NCBI GenBank assembly: GCA_028534125.1
Contig: CM052817.1
Coordinates: 85,500,001-85,564,000 of the forward strand
Direction: 5' to 3'
Source of the DNA: Lama glama
Taxonomy: Eukaryota
DNA length: 64,000 nt
Positions within the stretch are counted from its first letter, which is position 1; the number at the start of each line of letters is the position of its first letter. The notes beneath the pieces are model-generated. The model ran no database searches. It was given only the letters and a program-made list of their open reading frames with translations, and was not told the DNA's origin. Both the position numbers and the translations under genes were made by a program. Shown here in pieces: positions 24,222-39,052 of this stretch.

Positions 24222-24449
24222 CTCCCTGACTTCATTAAAAGACACTCTTTTTACTTTTTTAATTCTTTCTGTGAGTACTGTCATTTGAGTCTGGAGTATT
24301 ATTGCTGTCTATTCCAGGTTTTTAGGTTTTTTTTTTTTCAATATTGCATGTCTTTGTATATTTTCAATTAAAAGGAGATGGCAAAGTTAGACCTTAATTT
24401 TGCATCTTAATGTAAATGCCCCAGTGTTTATGTGCAGCCCTTGCTTTGC

Positions 24450-26070
24450 TGGAATCACTTATAATACTTGATACATTGATCACTTCTTCCTTGTCTAGCA
24501 GTTTCCTACCCTCTTTTTAATTTTCCTCCTCTCTATCTATTCCTTCACAAATTTCTCTTGCATTATTCCTTAAAATAACTGGTCACCATAGACTTGACTT
24601 TCTTTTGGCCACTCTTACTAGTTAGCTCATCCACTTAGCTACAACCATAGCTATAATTAATGACATTATGCCATTGATTCTTTTAACTATATCTCAGGCC
24701 AGTGCATGACTAATAAAATATAGAACTCCATATTCTATTCTATAATGCAGTATCCTTATTTGGATATTGGACATAACAAATTAGGACTTACTATTTTTTC
24801 TTAGCCCTTCAATATACTTTTATCCCCTTCATTTTTTAACATAGTCAGTGTTAATATTATGCATCCATTATACCAAAACCCTAATTTGTGGTTTATCTTT
24901 GAATTTTTTAAAAATCAAATCTCTTATAATCAATTGTGCATCAAAATTTGTTGATGCTACTTTGTCAGTATCTCTCAAATACACCTCCTCTTCTTTATCC
25001 TCAGTGGCCATTCATTAGTTCAGATCAGCAGTATCTCTGTTCTTTATTACCACAACTGCTTCCAAGATGACTATAAAACCTTTAGGTTGACGGTCCAACA
25101 ATCCACTTTTTATCTTGCTTGTTAGTGATTCCTCTAAAATAGTTTTCAAGGCTTTAATAGTCATTGTTTTTCCTAAAGCTTTCAATAAAAAATCTAGCTC
25201 ATTGTCCTAACAAGTATGTAACGACCACTTTAGTAGCAGTTCCCCAACTCTTTACATGAATGGTTATGCTCTCTTTTGCTTCTATGTGTTTGTCTCATGG
25301 ACCTAATCCTTTCTACCTGCCTGATTCTTTCAAAGAAAATCAGAGCTAGATAGAAGTTAAAGCACAGAAAGCAAATTTCTTTCAGGACTATTACGTGAGG
25401 GGAAATAGACCAATATACAACTAGGTTCCATTCCAAATGCAGCAGGGGCAAGTAGGGCTTTATAACCAAGGAGCAAGGGGACTGGTGTACAGAAAATTAC
25501 TAAGAGGAGACATCAAATAGGTTGGGGGTAGGAGGCAGGCTGGATTCTGACTGAATTTACCTAGCAGGATTCCTGCTGAAGGCAGATCAGAGTGATCAGA
25601 TACCAAGAGTAGGGAGTAAGAAATTTTAATCACACATTAAGGGTGATCAGGTATCAGGAGGATTCTTGCTAAACTGACTTATCAGGATTCTTGCTAAAAT
25701 TGTATCTTACAATAAAGTGCACAGATGGGCCTAGGAGAAGATTCAGGAGCCTGACTAAAATTTGATTAAGCAAAGAATATTTGCCAATGCCTATTCATGA
25801 CACAAGACTGATCTTGGGTAACATTTCTTTTGTAAAATTTTCCTTAACTATTCTCCCATAAGGACCAGTGTGTGCTTCTATTAAAGCATGCATTATAGTA
25901 CATTGTTTAGTCTTTCCTAAACATTTTTGCAATATTTTCTACAACTGAACTATCAGTTTTTTAGAGTATTGATTTTCTTGGGTTCTCAATGTGGGGCATG
26001 GCATCTGGTACATAGTAGGTGCTCCATAATTTTGTTTGGTTTTTTGATAAAAAAAGGAATAAATGATACT
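24450..26070 (+). mobile_element. L2 3' portion, interrupted by an LTR
   Basis: TTGATACATTGATCACTTCTTCCTTG..., CAAAATTTGTTGATGCTACTTTG..., ending CATGGCATCTGGTACATAGTAGGTGCTCCATAAT...GAATAAATGA (L2 tail). Confidence 0.7.
25328..25786 (-). mobile_element. ERV1-class solo LTR (MER31-like)
   Basis: Reverse complement begins TGGCAAATATTCTTTGCTTAATCAAATTTTAGTCAGGCTCCTGAATCTTCTCCTAGGCCCATCTGTGCACTT..TTTTAGCAAGAATCC, like the recalled MER31. Flanks are ATTC and ATGC (3/4 TSD match). Confidence 0.8.
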
Positions 26071-27339
26071 GAAATTTATATGCATGTTAGCAGATGTTTT
26101 CATTAAGTAATTTTTGATTAAATATTTTGAAGGTAAGAAATATCAGGAAAGGAAAATAATATTTGCTAAAAGCAAGCCTCTTCTAAATTACAATTTTATG
26201 CATAACTTCTCTGCCTGAATAACTTAAATATATATAAGCAATGGTTTATCTTGTATTCATAATACAGTTTTGTGAATTTTTTCATTACTAAGACATAATT
26301 CATATTTCAGTAGTTTGTGATAGAAATCTAAAATTTGGTAGCCACAATGCTAATGAAGTACATTAGTGTTAGATATTTTAAATTGGTGGTTAAATATTTA
26401 CTACTTACTAGATTTTCTTACCTGCTGCTTCATACAAATACGCTGATGATTTGAGGTGCTCAGAAAGATCTCTGCATATCTTTACACAAGGAGCCAGATG
26501 GCCTTCCACCATGACCTTTGCCCAATGCTATTAGCATCCAAGGGAGCTGAGAAGCTCTGGCTCATTATCCACAACCAGATGTTTTCTACTTCTCTATCAC
26601 TATTGCTAAGTGGCAGTTAATGTCTAGCACAATGGGTATTTGCTTGAACCTATGATCCATGAAATGCTGTCTCTTAAAATACAAATACCACCCACTAGGT
26701 GAAACTTCTCTCTGTGCATTTGTAATTCAATCATTCTTCTTTATTAGAAATCCTGCTAATCTTAGCAATATTTTATTTAATACTTTTCTATCTTTCTCAG
26801 CTGGCAGCAAGTTAGGATATTTTAGCCTAAGAAAGAGTCGAGTTGTAAATTCAAATAATACAGAAATTACTTCTGAATATTTATTGTTTCAGATAAGTTA
26901 TCACAATGTATTAACTCCATAAACAGCTCACAAACATCTAATTACCCCATCACTCTCCTGAAAGCCTGATGCTCAGAAAGGGAGTAGAAGCTATTTCAAG
27001 TACTAGCAAGCCCTATGCCCTGACAGGTTTAATAGTCAGTTTTCCCCGAGTTTGACTAATGAAAGTCACTCATTCAGAGTCTGATATTTTCTGGGTAAAC
27101 TGATATAACTGAAATTATAGATATACTTTAACTTGTAGGAACAAAGTATCCTGATGTAATTGGAGCATGGGGCGTGGTGCATACTTATCTTACTTTGTGC
27201 TAAGCCAGGCAATATATGGAATAGTATGTCTGGTGTGATTTTTTTCAGATGTGTCTTTTAATAGTGAAGGACTTTTTACAGTATCTCCTAATCTGTAATG
27301 CCAGAAATAGTAGAAAGAAGGATGACTGTCTCTTATGAT

Positions 27340-27739
27340 TGATAAAGTGAATTCATATATCAGGACACACAAAACGAGGCTGCCCCAGTGGCCCTGCCCA
27401 CATCACAAATCCAAACCTAAGTCAGCCTGCACTTTAGGGAAAAACATGTCACGGAACATTAAAATACACCAATCACAATCCTTCAACTCAGCTTTAGCCA
27501 GCTTATCTTACCCTAGAAAATAGGACCTGCCAGCCTTCTGAGAAAACCCCTGACTTCCTAGCCAATGAAGCCCTATTTCTTCATTGCCTTTTCTAACGCT
27601 CTATCACTCTTGCCCAGAATCCCTCAGAGTCCTCCACTCCTTGTGAGACACTGTACTCTCCCAATTCGTGGATTGTTTTCCCTTGAATAAAGAACATCAA
27701 ACTCTTTGTTACTAACTTGTTTTAATTTTGTCTTTGACG
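27340..27739 (+). mobile_element. Probable ERV1-class solo LTR, family uncertain
   Basis: CCAAT boxes, AATAAA at about 27686, and the typical ERV1 LTR end TTGTTTTAATTTTGTCTTTGAC(A). The 5' boundary is uncertain. Confidence 0.6.
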
Positions 27740-29224
27740 TTGTTAAAGACTTTATCAAAGATTGTAGCAATTTGTATTAATTGATAAGATATACCACAAA
27801 ACTAGTCCTTCTTTGTAAAACTATTGCATTATTTAGTGGACTCCATAGATTGTTGATCTGTCAACATTTACTTATTCATCTACTTAAGTATTTGTAATAT
27901 GTCAAACATTCTCTGATAAACTGTGTATGTATTGGTAAGCATTAGAGATAGAGAGTCTTTTAAGGAGAACTGAGCAACCATATTTTGATGAAAAGGATCA
28001 CTCCCTTGCTTTCATTCTTTTTTTCACCAAAACATGGAGATACAGTCTTCAATAACTGAACTAAAGTATTTTTATTTCAATTGACTATCTTACAGATATC
28101 TTTAATTAAATTTTGACTGCAGATTGCATGACTTCTTTCCCCTTTGGAATTATTTGTCATAATAATTTCAAATTTAATTTTTCATATAACAATTAGATGA
28201 ACAAAAGGAGATCCCATTGATAGGGCTGCCAGTATCCCTTGTCAAGTGTATTTAGTGAAATATATTGGGGGAGATGCTGCTCCAAACCAGGGCTAGTAGC
28301 TTGATGAGCAAATATGATTGAGGCTAGATTTTATACTCTACTCAATTCCTAACCTGGGACACTGTGCAAAATACAACCTTATAACCATATGCAGAGGTTT
28401 GGCCCTCAATGTGATTTGTCCCTAATTGAAGCCTAACTAAAAATGCTGTTTGAATATGGCTTACTATTGATTTTATAAGAACTGCATTCTCTTTGGGTTA
28501 AAAATGATGCTGGTATCATAAAACTTCTTATTTTATTTAACTTTCAGACAAAACATTAGTTTTTTCCTTATGTGGTAAAACCATGATTATCTCTAAGCAA
28601 AGTTAACCATGTGTAACAACCCAGATCTTTTATAATCAGAGCCAGAGGCAAATTTTAAAGTATTAATGCTTTGGTGGTTGCAGTGCTATGATGTTGAGGG
28701 GGAGGAGAAAAGAAGTAAGGAAATACATGTAGCATTATGGTGCTATGACCTCATCTGCCTGGCTACTGCTTCAGTATGAACTGCAAAAAGGCACAGAAAA
28801 CTGTTTCTCAGGCATGCTTGCTCAGCATGTAAGCTGATCTGGAAACTTTGTAACCAGAAGATTACACCTAGCAGTATTCCACAGAGGGAAGATGGGGTGG
28901 GGGAGGTATACCAGCCCTGGTCCTCTCTGACCTCCCTTTTGCATTAGTCAGAGTACACCAGAGGAAGCTTGTGTTCCAGATTACATCCTCTTGCCCCTCA
29001 GAGGCTGGCCAAACACCACCCTGTGGTAGGAATTTCACGCAAATCTAGAACTGGATAGATGCTTTTGTTTCATGTTTCACAGACAGAAAAAGGAGGAGGT
29101 AGGTGATAGAGGGAATATCAGCATGTCCACAGTATGTGTGTCCAGTGAACAGTCTTCCTATTTCCGTAGTACTTAATTCTGTGGCTAAAGGCTACATGTG
29201 ATGGGTCTTAGTTTTTAATATGCC

Positions 29225-29347
29225 TTTTTCTCACACTAGACTCCAGGATCCTTGAAAACTTACATGGTTCCTGTTGTCACTTTATCTGTGTTTAGCTTAT
29301 TGCCTGAAACATAATAGGTACAGAGTAAATACTTGTTGAATTAATGG
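29225..29347 (+). mobile_element. L2 3' tail
   Basis: CACTAGACT..CTTGA..TGCCTGAAACATAATAGGTACAGAGTAAATACTTGTTGAATTAATG. Confidence 0.7.
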
Positions 29348-30971
29348 TTGGTAATAAGAGGTAGAGAGCAAAGAAGTGGTTTAAGTAACAATGGACTCTA
29401 GCTATTGTGTTTAAGAATAGAAAAGGAGAAACCATGAATTCTTCATGCATTAGGGCAGACATTTGGTGCCAGTTTTTTTTCACTCTTCAGAAAATTTTTT
29501 CTCATCTGTTTTATTCAGCATAGATGCCAAAATAAGGAATGAAATTGTCAAAAGCCTATTTATCACCATTTGTGGAATTTGAACAGTGTTCTGGAATGCC
29601 CTTGAAAGCAATGGAAGGATTCAGACTCTATTCGGGGTCTCAGTGAGCTAGGCTAATATCAGTGTCCTCTAAGTAGAACTGTATAAATCATCTATTTGTG
29701 AAAAACCAACCAACCAACTAACATTCTGTATCTACCACAAGAAAATCATATAGTAGGTTCACAGATGAACATAAAAATATAATATGTAGTATTCCTTAAT
29801 AACTCTCTCTTCTACTTGTGGGTTATCTATCCAAATTTTAGGAGTCTTAAGAGCCAGTGGGTAGGACCCATTTCAGAGTACTGGTTGAGTAAAAAAGACT
29901 GATTAGGAGCAAGGAATTTAAAACTATATGATTTATGACTAAACCCTGTGTCCTTCTACATCTTGACAGCTCAACTTAATCTCAAACTTAACATATTGGT
30001 TACTTGCAGCCAAACCTATTCCTAAATTATATACACCTCAATATAATTTGGAAGATAGAATTTCATAATTGGAGACAACTTCTTAAATTAAACATTTAAT
30101 TTTATTGAAAATAAAATACCACATTTTTCTTACTTTTCTAATATTGTCACAGGTAGGTGAAAACTTTATTACATTTCATACCACTCTTTAACTTTGGAAA
30201 TCACTAAATTAATCCAACCTTAGTATTTACTACTGAAGAGATAGTACGTAAAAGCTATGTGCGTGATGTCTTAAAAAATAACCTAGCCAGTAAGCAATAA
30301 TACTAGAATAGAATCCTGGCCTTCTAATACTTACTTTAGCATTTTAGTGCAAACCAGAGCAAATTAATTATAATTTGAGGTAAGCTATAAATCAATATGT
30401 ACTTTCTTGCTGGTGTGTTTTTACTGTGTTTGTTACATGTGGTAGAACTATTATGGACTTCTTCCCACTACATTGTGTTTATCTATTTTGTATGATGTGG
30501 GCCATTAGGATGTAGTAGTTCTGTTTACTCAACTATCCATTTTCCATTTTTAATTTTCATAGAGTCAGTTAATAGAACTCAGAGTATCTGAAAGCCACCG
30601 ATTACTGGAACATGTTCTATCTCTTTGCTTGCTTGTCTGTATCAATCTAACAGACTCTGAAACAAACGTTCATACTTTGTTTCCCATCCTTGCTTTTGTA
30701 CAGGACTTTCATACATGAAATGATCCTTTCAATGCATTTAAAGAAATAAGACTTTTTATGTATTCAGAAACTTGTCTGACACATTTAGAAAGGTCACGAA
30801 GAGATGGTAAAAGATAATTTTCAAGAAAAAGGTAAAAGCATGACTTGCATACAGTATAATAACCAACACATATTAACTTCTTTTTTTTCCTCATATGTGG
30901 GGAACAGGCAGATGTTATAAGCAACTCAAAGGAAAAAGTCAAAACAGCACAAATGTGTGTGGAGTAAAGGA

Positions 30972-32420
30972 ATGTTGAGATGAATTGCAAATAGGAACAA
31001 AACTAGTTTTTCCTTAGGGGGAAGAAAGTCAATTAAAATCTCTACCCAAGGGGCAGGACAAAATTTACATATCTACCAAAGAAAATTATTTAAGTGAGTC
31101 AAATAGAGGGTAAAAGGTTTATTCAGCTGGTGTACACCTCTGAGCACCAGAAGGCCCAGAGCTGCCCCCATGAAGCAGGGTCAGGGTTTACAGCAAAGAA
31201 AAAGTTAAGTGTTTGTCTTGTGGTTTCGGTTTAAGCAGCAGTTTCTGATTCTAGCTGAAACTTACAGTTGAAAGTCAGTCCTGCTCTCATGCCCTTTACT
31301 TGGGATCATTGGTAAAATACTGAAAACCATCAAAACAGTATTTTCTGGAAACCACATTTTTGGTCCTGAGAGGATTATCAGCCAAAAGTTCACAGGGTGG
31401 GAGAGGTAGATCACAACAAAGAAAGAACAAGTGGCAGTGGTAGAAGGCAAGGAGGAAGCTGGGAATTCTCTAGGGTGTGTCTATTTTCATCCTTTTGCAC
31501 ATCTTGTATTTACTCGACTAAGGTCCCCCTTTTATACAAGTAAGTTGAGGAAATTGACTGTTGATGACTTTGGCACCTTTGAGTCCCCCCTGCACTCCTT
31601 CTGGCGGTGTGAGGTGCAGCTGAGAATGCCTCTGGATGGTCTGCCCAGTCCTTTCTGTATATAATTTGCCCACAGTAAACTTAATTGCTACACTTTATGG
31701 AGTTGCCTGCTTTGTTTTTTGAAGGATATTTTCCTTCCAAGTTCATAGGATATTATTCAGTATCCCCATTGTCCAGCAACCCCTAACATTGAAAAATCCT
31801 CCCTTTCTTTAAGTACCCCAAGCTGCTCATGTGGGTTCGTGCAGACATCCAAGGATTGCCAAATGTAGCTGAAGAAAGTTGCCTCCGCTTTCCAAAATCC
31901 CAGCTTAATGAATACTTGCAAATCAGAAACTATCTGTTTCATTCTTTTACTTTGTAGAACGTAACTCTCCTTTCCCTCCTGAAACTTAAGTGGTGGCAGA
32001 TGGGTTCCCCACCTCAATTTTATGAATAAACATCCTATTAAAATTTTGTCTCAGATTTAGTTTTACTTTGACAGAACATAAAGAAACTTTCTGTTGCCTG
32101 GCTGATATGAGAATGTTTTATGAAGAGGCCTTCTTTTCTTGGAGTCTTTATGAAATGTCTGTTTTCTAACTGGTTTGTTATAAAAGATAAGGTATTTTGT
32201 AAAATGTTTGCTAGAAAAACTTCCACTTAATCCCCTTGTACTGTGAAGTAATAACTTTACAAGGAAGTCCAACAATCAGTGAGCCGGTGAGGCAGGCACA
32301 TTCATGACATGAAAAGAAAATCAGTATCCGGTCAAGGACTGCTCTGTCTCACATGTTACATGGATGAAATTGTTGCACCAAGGAGGAGAAATTTCCCTTG
32401 TTAACTTATAACCCGAACAA
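30972..32420 (-). mobile_element. Probable ERV1-class LTR (about 30972-31356) plus adjacent internal remnant
   Basis: GC-richer block. The minus strand has AATAAA (plus-strand TTTATT about 31118) and a TG start at about 31356, preceded by a GGACCAAAAA internal-end-like junction. No recognisable ORF. Confidence 0.4.
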
Positions 32421-34224
32421 GATATGTCAAGATCTGTTATTGGAAATTGGAAGTGCTTCTGTGGACTTCAGTGAGGAAAAATTCTAATCTTTTTAGTATT
32501 CTTTTATAGGAAACAAACAAAAACCACTCACACATTATTAAAAAAAAAAACTAGAAAATAGAACTTTAAGAGTTGGAAAAACAGTTATTTAGACAAAAAC
32601 TTTAAGTTTAAAAGTAGGATAAAATGACTTAATTGAACAATTCACATTTCATAAATCATGTTCAGCCAACTCTAAGATATTTCCCTTTAGACTCTTCTTG
32701 ATTATTTTTCACATAATTTTAAATGTTAAATAATAGTTCCTAAATCACAGCTTAAATTTTAAAGTTGGTATCCTGTTATTTCTTAGTTTTATAGGTCTTT
32801 CAATGGTAAGTATCCATTTTATTATTTCAGACTTCATGATTCTTCTAATACAAAAGAACTTCAGAATCATTTCTTTTCCAGCAATGCATAAGTCATAGGA
32901 AAGCTTGCGGCAACTGAAATTGCATGATTTTCTTTTGCTATTCATTAGTCCATGGACAGTATAACTTAATCCTTTAAAGAGAATTATGAATGTGTTATTG
33001 GCTTACAGTTGTATGCTAATAACAACAAGCTATCAAATCAGAATTAGCATAAAATGCTTAATTAAAAGTAAATGTGACAGTAATGTGATAACTTAGAAGT
33101 TAAATTCAGATCATTTCTAATAGGTGAAATGAGAACTAATTATCTGCTTTCTACTTAACAATTCTTAAATAGCAGTGTTGGCATTAGCAAAAGTCACAGG
33201 GTAGATGGTAAAACTGTCTACTAAATGTTGTAGAAGAAAATACTAAATTAATTACTCTATAAAACAATATTTGTGGATTTTTGTTTTCACATTTCTCTAA
33301 GAGAAAGCTGGGTGAAAAGATTTTTTCAGGTGAATAAACCTGAACTTGACAACTGAGTAAATTAAATGTCTGATTTAATTGATTTAAAATTCTAGATTAT
33401 AGCACAAAAACATAATCTTCATTTAATTCAGACCTTTGTCCCCAAAATGCTCAGAAAGTAAGAGAAAGATGCAAAAATCTTTTTATTTGGGTACCAGACT
33501 GGGAATACAAGGTGATAGATTGTTGTCAGCAGTGTTTGAAATCACATTTCTTTCTAATAATTGTGAAAATAAACAAGATAACTAAATCATTGTTACCATA
33601 ATTTAGGAAAATTAGAGTAATTGTGTGCTCATACACATGTATTAAGTGTTCTTTGAACCTACTTACAAAACAGAAAATTGCATGCAAATTTCTAATAGAA
33701 TAAAATGCTTTTAAGTCCAATAATTCAGAATTTGAACCAATTCAGTCAATATTTGGTTGAAATACACTTTTTTAGATTGTTGACATGATTTTTTACCTTA
33801 AAGTATCTTCTTCAACAATTTTAGTTTTGCAAAAATCTGTAATAACTTATATATATATGTATATATAATTATTTTAAATCATTAAAGCAAATCTAACAAT
33901 TTTTATTAGTTTATTCCAGTTACAAAGGCTGCATAATCATAAAAATAACAAAATGAAATTGAAATATTTAATGTTACATATTTACATTAATGCATTAGTG
34001 GTTTTTGATAGTGCATTCCTCATGGGTAATGAATGTTACATAGCTGCATTTCTATTGCAATTCAGAAAGAAAAAAATATATTAAATACTGAGATAGTTGC
34101 ATGTCTTACTCTGTCACTTTATGTAGATGTTCTGGTCAAATGCCATCTGCACAAAGAACCTGTCCTTGCCCAAAAGGCCACTGTGTCTGGAGCAGATTGC
34201 CAAAAGTGGAACAAGATACAAATA

Positions 34225-34470
34225 TAGAGATAGCTGGAGTTAGGTGTTGCAGGTTCTTATCATCACTTCAGTGACTTTTGGTTTTCCATTTGGTAAAATG
34301 AGCCATTGGAGGATTTAAGCAATGGCTTCTTATCTTAACTCCAAGGGGGAAAAAACAAAATAAAAGATGTTATTGACATAAACTTTAATAGAATCATTCT
34401 AGCTGCCACATTGAGTAGGGTTATGAGTGAGCAAAAATGGAAGCAGGAGACCAGTTGGAGACGCTGATGA
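34225..34470 (-). mobile_element. L2 fragment
   Basis: GAGCCATTGGAGGATTTAAGCA..GAATCATTCTAGCTGC..GGAAGCAGGAGACCAGTTGGAG. Confidence 0.65.
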
Positions 34471-35268
34471 TTGGAACAAACTGCTAACTTTATCTCCATT
34501 AATGTTCTGGTGGCATGAATAATTCACCTCTAGAAATATTAACTACTTTATATAAATACAGAGTGTTAGTTGGTGCTGACTAAACCTCAAAATCCTCTCT
34601 TCAGCACAGTATATTACAGACCCTTATTTGTCAAGTATCTTGACCAAAACCTTTTATTTTAAATTGCTTCAATTAGATAAAAATAAAATCACTCTAAGTT
34701 GTGTATTTTGAGTATATAACTATGTGTTGCTTTTCTTGTCCTTATATTGGACTATCATGCCTTTGTTTGCTAACACTATTTTGGCTAGTATCAGTGATGT
34801 CTGTTACGTAAACAGATACAGACAGATGCATATGCTGGTCTGATGCCGTATGCCTGATGATGAATTGTGGATGGTGTCTATTTATTCATGATATTCCTGT
34901 CACTGACTTTTGTTATGTATACATTGAGCTATCTGGACACATGGCCTTTCTTTTCTAAGCTCTAGGGGTAACACATCTAAAATTCAAGACAACTGCCTTT
35001 TGAAGAACATCTTTTGTGATAACCTGCAAGGGCTAGATTGTCTTTCTTAAATTGTTTTAGAAAACTTTTCAATACAAACAACTTCCTTAGGTGATTTAAG
35101 CTGTTTACAAATTCAACTTTATAAGTTTATGTTCATCACATTAGAAAAAAGCAATTTTGAAAGAAAAGGGAAAAAAAGATAAGAATTTGATATTTTTTTT
35201 AACCAGCTGATTCTCCCTATCTTAAATTCATAATTCTACCAGAAACCATTCTTAGGTTACCAAACTAT

Positions 35269-35824
35269 TACGGTAGCCTCTAAGATGGCCCTCGGTGATT
35301 CCTACGTCTTGGTATCCATGCCCTTGCATGTGAACTGGACCTAATGACTTACTTCTAACAAATAGAATACTGTGATACTGGTGGATTGCCACTGCAAGAT
35401 TAGTTTACAAAGAGAATATGGCTACCTTCTTGTGCTCTCTTGCCAGTTCATTCTGAGGGAAGCCAGCCAACACATTGTGAACTGGCCTAAGTAGGAGTCT
35501 CACATGGCAGGGAAGTAAAGGTGGCCTCCAGCCACCAGTAAGCAAGAAACTGCGTTTCACGGTTGAACAGCCCGCAAGGAACTGGATCCTACTAACAACC
35601 ATGTGAAATACTGGAAGCCCGTCTTCCTCTGGCTGAGTCTTCAGGTGGCTGCAGTCCCAGCCAACACATTGACTATAGCCTTGTGACTACACCAAGTTGT
35701 AGTACCCAGGTATGCTATGTCTAGATCCCTGACCTACAGAAACAGTGTGATAACGCAAGTTTGTTGTTTTAAACTGCTAAGTGTTGAGGTAGATGTTTTT
35801 GCACAGCATTTTATAACTAGTACA
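35269..35824 (+). mobile_element. MaLR solo LTR (MLT1E/F/G-like)
   Basis: GGTAGCCTCTAAGATGGCCC..CTGGACCTAATGACTTACTTCTAACAAATAGAATA..GGAAGCCAGC..CCTGACCTACAGAAAC..TTGTTGTTTTAAACTGCTAAGT..ATAACTAGTACA. Confidence 0.9.
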
Positions 35825-37384
35825 CTCTCCAGTTTGTCATGGGATTTAACACATTTGAAATGTCTTCTTCATCTAAGATACACCTGCTAATAGCATGACA
35901 TAGGGCTCCAATGATTGTCTAAACATTAATTTCTTAAATTATTATTTTAAAAATGTCTTTTGAGCGGTCTCCAATTTCACCTACATATAAAAAGTTAAAT
36001 AAACACAAATATAAAATTCTCCTGAATATTATTATTACAGTGCCAGTATTAGACAGGCCAGTCTTTTTAGAATAAAAAAATACAGCACCAGAGAATATAG
36101 TAAAATGTAGGGTACCTAGGGGTCATTAGATATGATTATTTTATTACAACTAGAGTGCATAGTAGCAGATTTTTTTTTGTAATTATACCATTATCTGGAT
36201 ACTGTATTGTCCCCTTTGTACAAAAGCCTTTTCTATACATTAAATATAATTGTTAATTTAAAATGGTACTAATTTCCACACCAAAAGTTCAAAGATGTTT
36301 CCCTCTCTGTTTGCATGCTTTAATCTACCAAACACTTTCCTAAAAGTGTGCCCCATGGGACATTAAACCTCCTTTTTATTGTCTGGTTGTGCGGTACCGG
36401 CATTTCTGAATTTGGTATTTGGCTAATAGCTCTATTACCTTTCATGCTGAGTCCAAAGCATTACCTCCTTCAGTCTTTACTTTTGCCAACTGGAAAATTT
36501 TCTGTCACGTCAAGAAAACCCACTGTGCAGTGTGCTTAGGGAATGGGCCCTCTCTTGCTGACTGACAGCTATTCAATAGAGAAAAGAGCCACAGAGAGAT
36601 GCCGATACGTATTAAGCTCACTGAAGAGAATAAGCTTTGTATTTCAAAATGTCACTTTTCTTAGAGTTCAGTGGGAGTGAGTAGCTATAATAAGGTAATT
36701 TCTAGAGGGACCCATACTGTAGTTCATTGTATAAATAATTGATTTGATCAGCTGAAATTATCGTGCCTGGTCCTGAATGACCTTTCAGATGAATTGCTAG
36801 GTTTTCACTACAAAAGCAGCTACAGCTTATAGTAAGATATCAAAAAAAAATCCATATACAGTAGTTTCCTATAAAAAGAAAGGGTATTTACATGGCATTA
36901 TTTCCTTAGAATAACTAAAATGTGATCACTTGCTTCCCTGTGTACAAAGTAGAAACAGTGTATCTTGGGTTTTATTCTTGTGTTCAAGGTCAAACACTTT
37001 TTAACAGTAAATTATTTCAGGCACATCTTATGTATGAATGTTTTAAAGAAACTCTTAAAAATATAAGATAGAGGAACAAAAACATAAATGAGATTACACC
37101 ACAGGGAAATGATTTCCTTTCTCCAGATGAACACAGCATTATAATATCTTAAGAGAATAGTTTCTATTAGAAAATTAACAAACACACTTGAAATTCTGCA
37201 CAGTGTTAGACTTTAATATCTCACCATGGTCTCATCTCTTACTTTCCTTATGTCCCAGACCTCATTATTATGTATCACTGATGTCTGTTCAAATTGACTG
37301 TATTCTCTTTCTGTTCAGAAATTTTACATAATTAATCACATTATATCTTTCCTTCATATGCTCACCTAACATATTTGCTTATTT

Positions 37385-37740
37385 TAAATTATATAATAAT
37401 ACTGCTCATTGTTAAACATTATCCAAATAATACAGACATACAGATAATTTAAAAATTATCTGTCCCCAGTTCCCTTAATCCCTATTTCATTCTTCCACTC
37501 TCCATGCGTAACCATAATCCATAGTTCATTGTGCATTTTCCCAGACCTTTTTGATACACACTTAACTGTATATCTATTAATATTCATGTATATGTGTACA
37601 TATATTCATATGAATATTTTCAATTATATATTCATAGCTACCATTTTACATCCATTTTAACACAAAAGAAATCATTTTGTGCATATTTTTCAGTTAGCAT
37701 TTATCACTTAAATACCTCTTAAACACATTTTTCTCATCTC
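37385..37740 (-). mobile_element. Old L1ME 3' UTR fragment
   Basis: AATACTGCTCATTG..AATAATACAG..TAACCA..TTCCCAGACCTTTT..ACAAAAGAAATCAT..TTTATCACTTAA, the pattern of a reverse L1ME 3' UTR. Confidence 0.5.
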
Positions 37741-39052
37741 ATAATATAGTTTTTAATTACGAAAGTTACATATGCACCAATTAAGCCTTCTTACAGTATA
37801 GAGTGCAAACATAAATTCTGTGCCATATGCCAGGAATTCCTCTTCCATAATTTTAAAATATTTCTACCTAATTCTTCCTAGTAGTTGCCTAATATTTTTT
37901 TGATGGATACACTGACGTTGGTGATATTTTTTTCTGTTTTCCTATTTCCTATATGTGAGTTTTTCATTCATTCCTTTAGAAGTATTCTATCTACATCCTG
38001 AAATACTAAGCATTCATAGGTAAAATTCAGCTGTAAAAGGCACACTTACAGAACTGAAATGGCCTGACTCTAGTAAACAGAACTTGGATTTAGCTGTTGA
38101 ATGATTGGGACTTCTTACCACATGATTACAGTTCAGTCTAAGCCTATTTCCCACCATCTGATAGCATAAAAGTTATAAATCTACTTTATTTGATGACACT
38201 CTGTTTGCTTACCCTTTGCAGCTCCAGCAGCTCCAAGGGTTACTGTGGTTGGGGGCACTAGTATTGGGAAATTATGGGTAAAATCAAGAATAAAATTAGT
38301 CAGTGTCAGAATTCCAGGAAGTTTCCATGGACATATCTTTGGCATTATCTGTGGAAAAATGCATGTTTGTTGTCAGTTCTTACATTCCTGGTCCAAGTTT
38401 TTAACTATATCTGGAAATGACTCTGCCATTTGTGTTTGACAAAGGCAATGTATCTGCACAATTTCCCATGATTACTAGTCCTCACTGCAGGGGAGTGCCG
38501 TGTAGCCAGGCCCAACCTGAATGTGAGCCCTTTCCTAAAATTTGCTTCTGTTTTAATGAGTTCTCTAAATTCTCCATAAATATGACCTGACCCTACTTAA
38601 TTAAACAGCCACATGTTAAGCCACCATTCTATACCCATTCAAGTGATCTAGCATTGACTCCAATGAAGAAAGCACTTTTCTAGTTGTAGACCTTCAGTAG
38701 GCTGCTGTTTGTTCAGAAGTCTAGCCATTTGGCCAGTGCCATGTATTTGGCTAGATGTGTTACATCTTTAGCCTCTAGTAACAAGGTCAAATCTGAGTCC
38801 ATACCTCCAATCCCACTCCTCTCACCTCCTTAGCCAGCTTAAAAATATTTTTGCACACCATTTGTGTGACCTATTAAGCTCTATAAAATGAAGAGTCATT
38901 ATATAGACACTGTCTGACACAGTGTCATTCATATTCTAGGAGATCCATAAATATTTGTAGAAAGAAGGAAATGAAAATTGAAAAGGGCAAATAAGAAAAG
39001 AAGAAAAATAACCAGCTATTAGAGCATATAATCATGACAGTGAAAGAATGAA

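Noticed and set aside
26415..26550. Minus-strand exon-like segment ending CAG|GTAAGA
   Set aside because: Weak acceptor, in-frame stops and an unrecognisable peptide.
34855..34908. ATGATGA...CTGA as a possible C/D-box snoRNA
   Set aside because: The C-to-D spacing is too short, there is no terminal stem, and such motifs are expected by chance.
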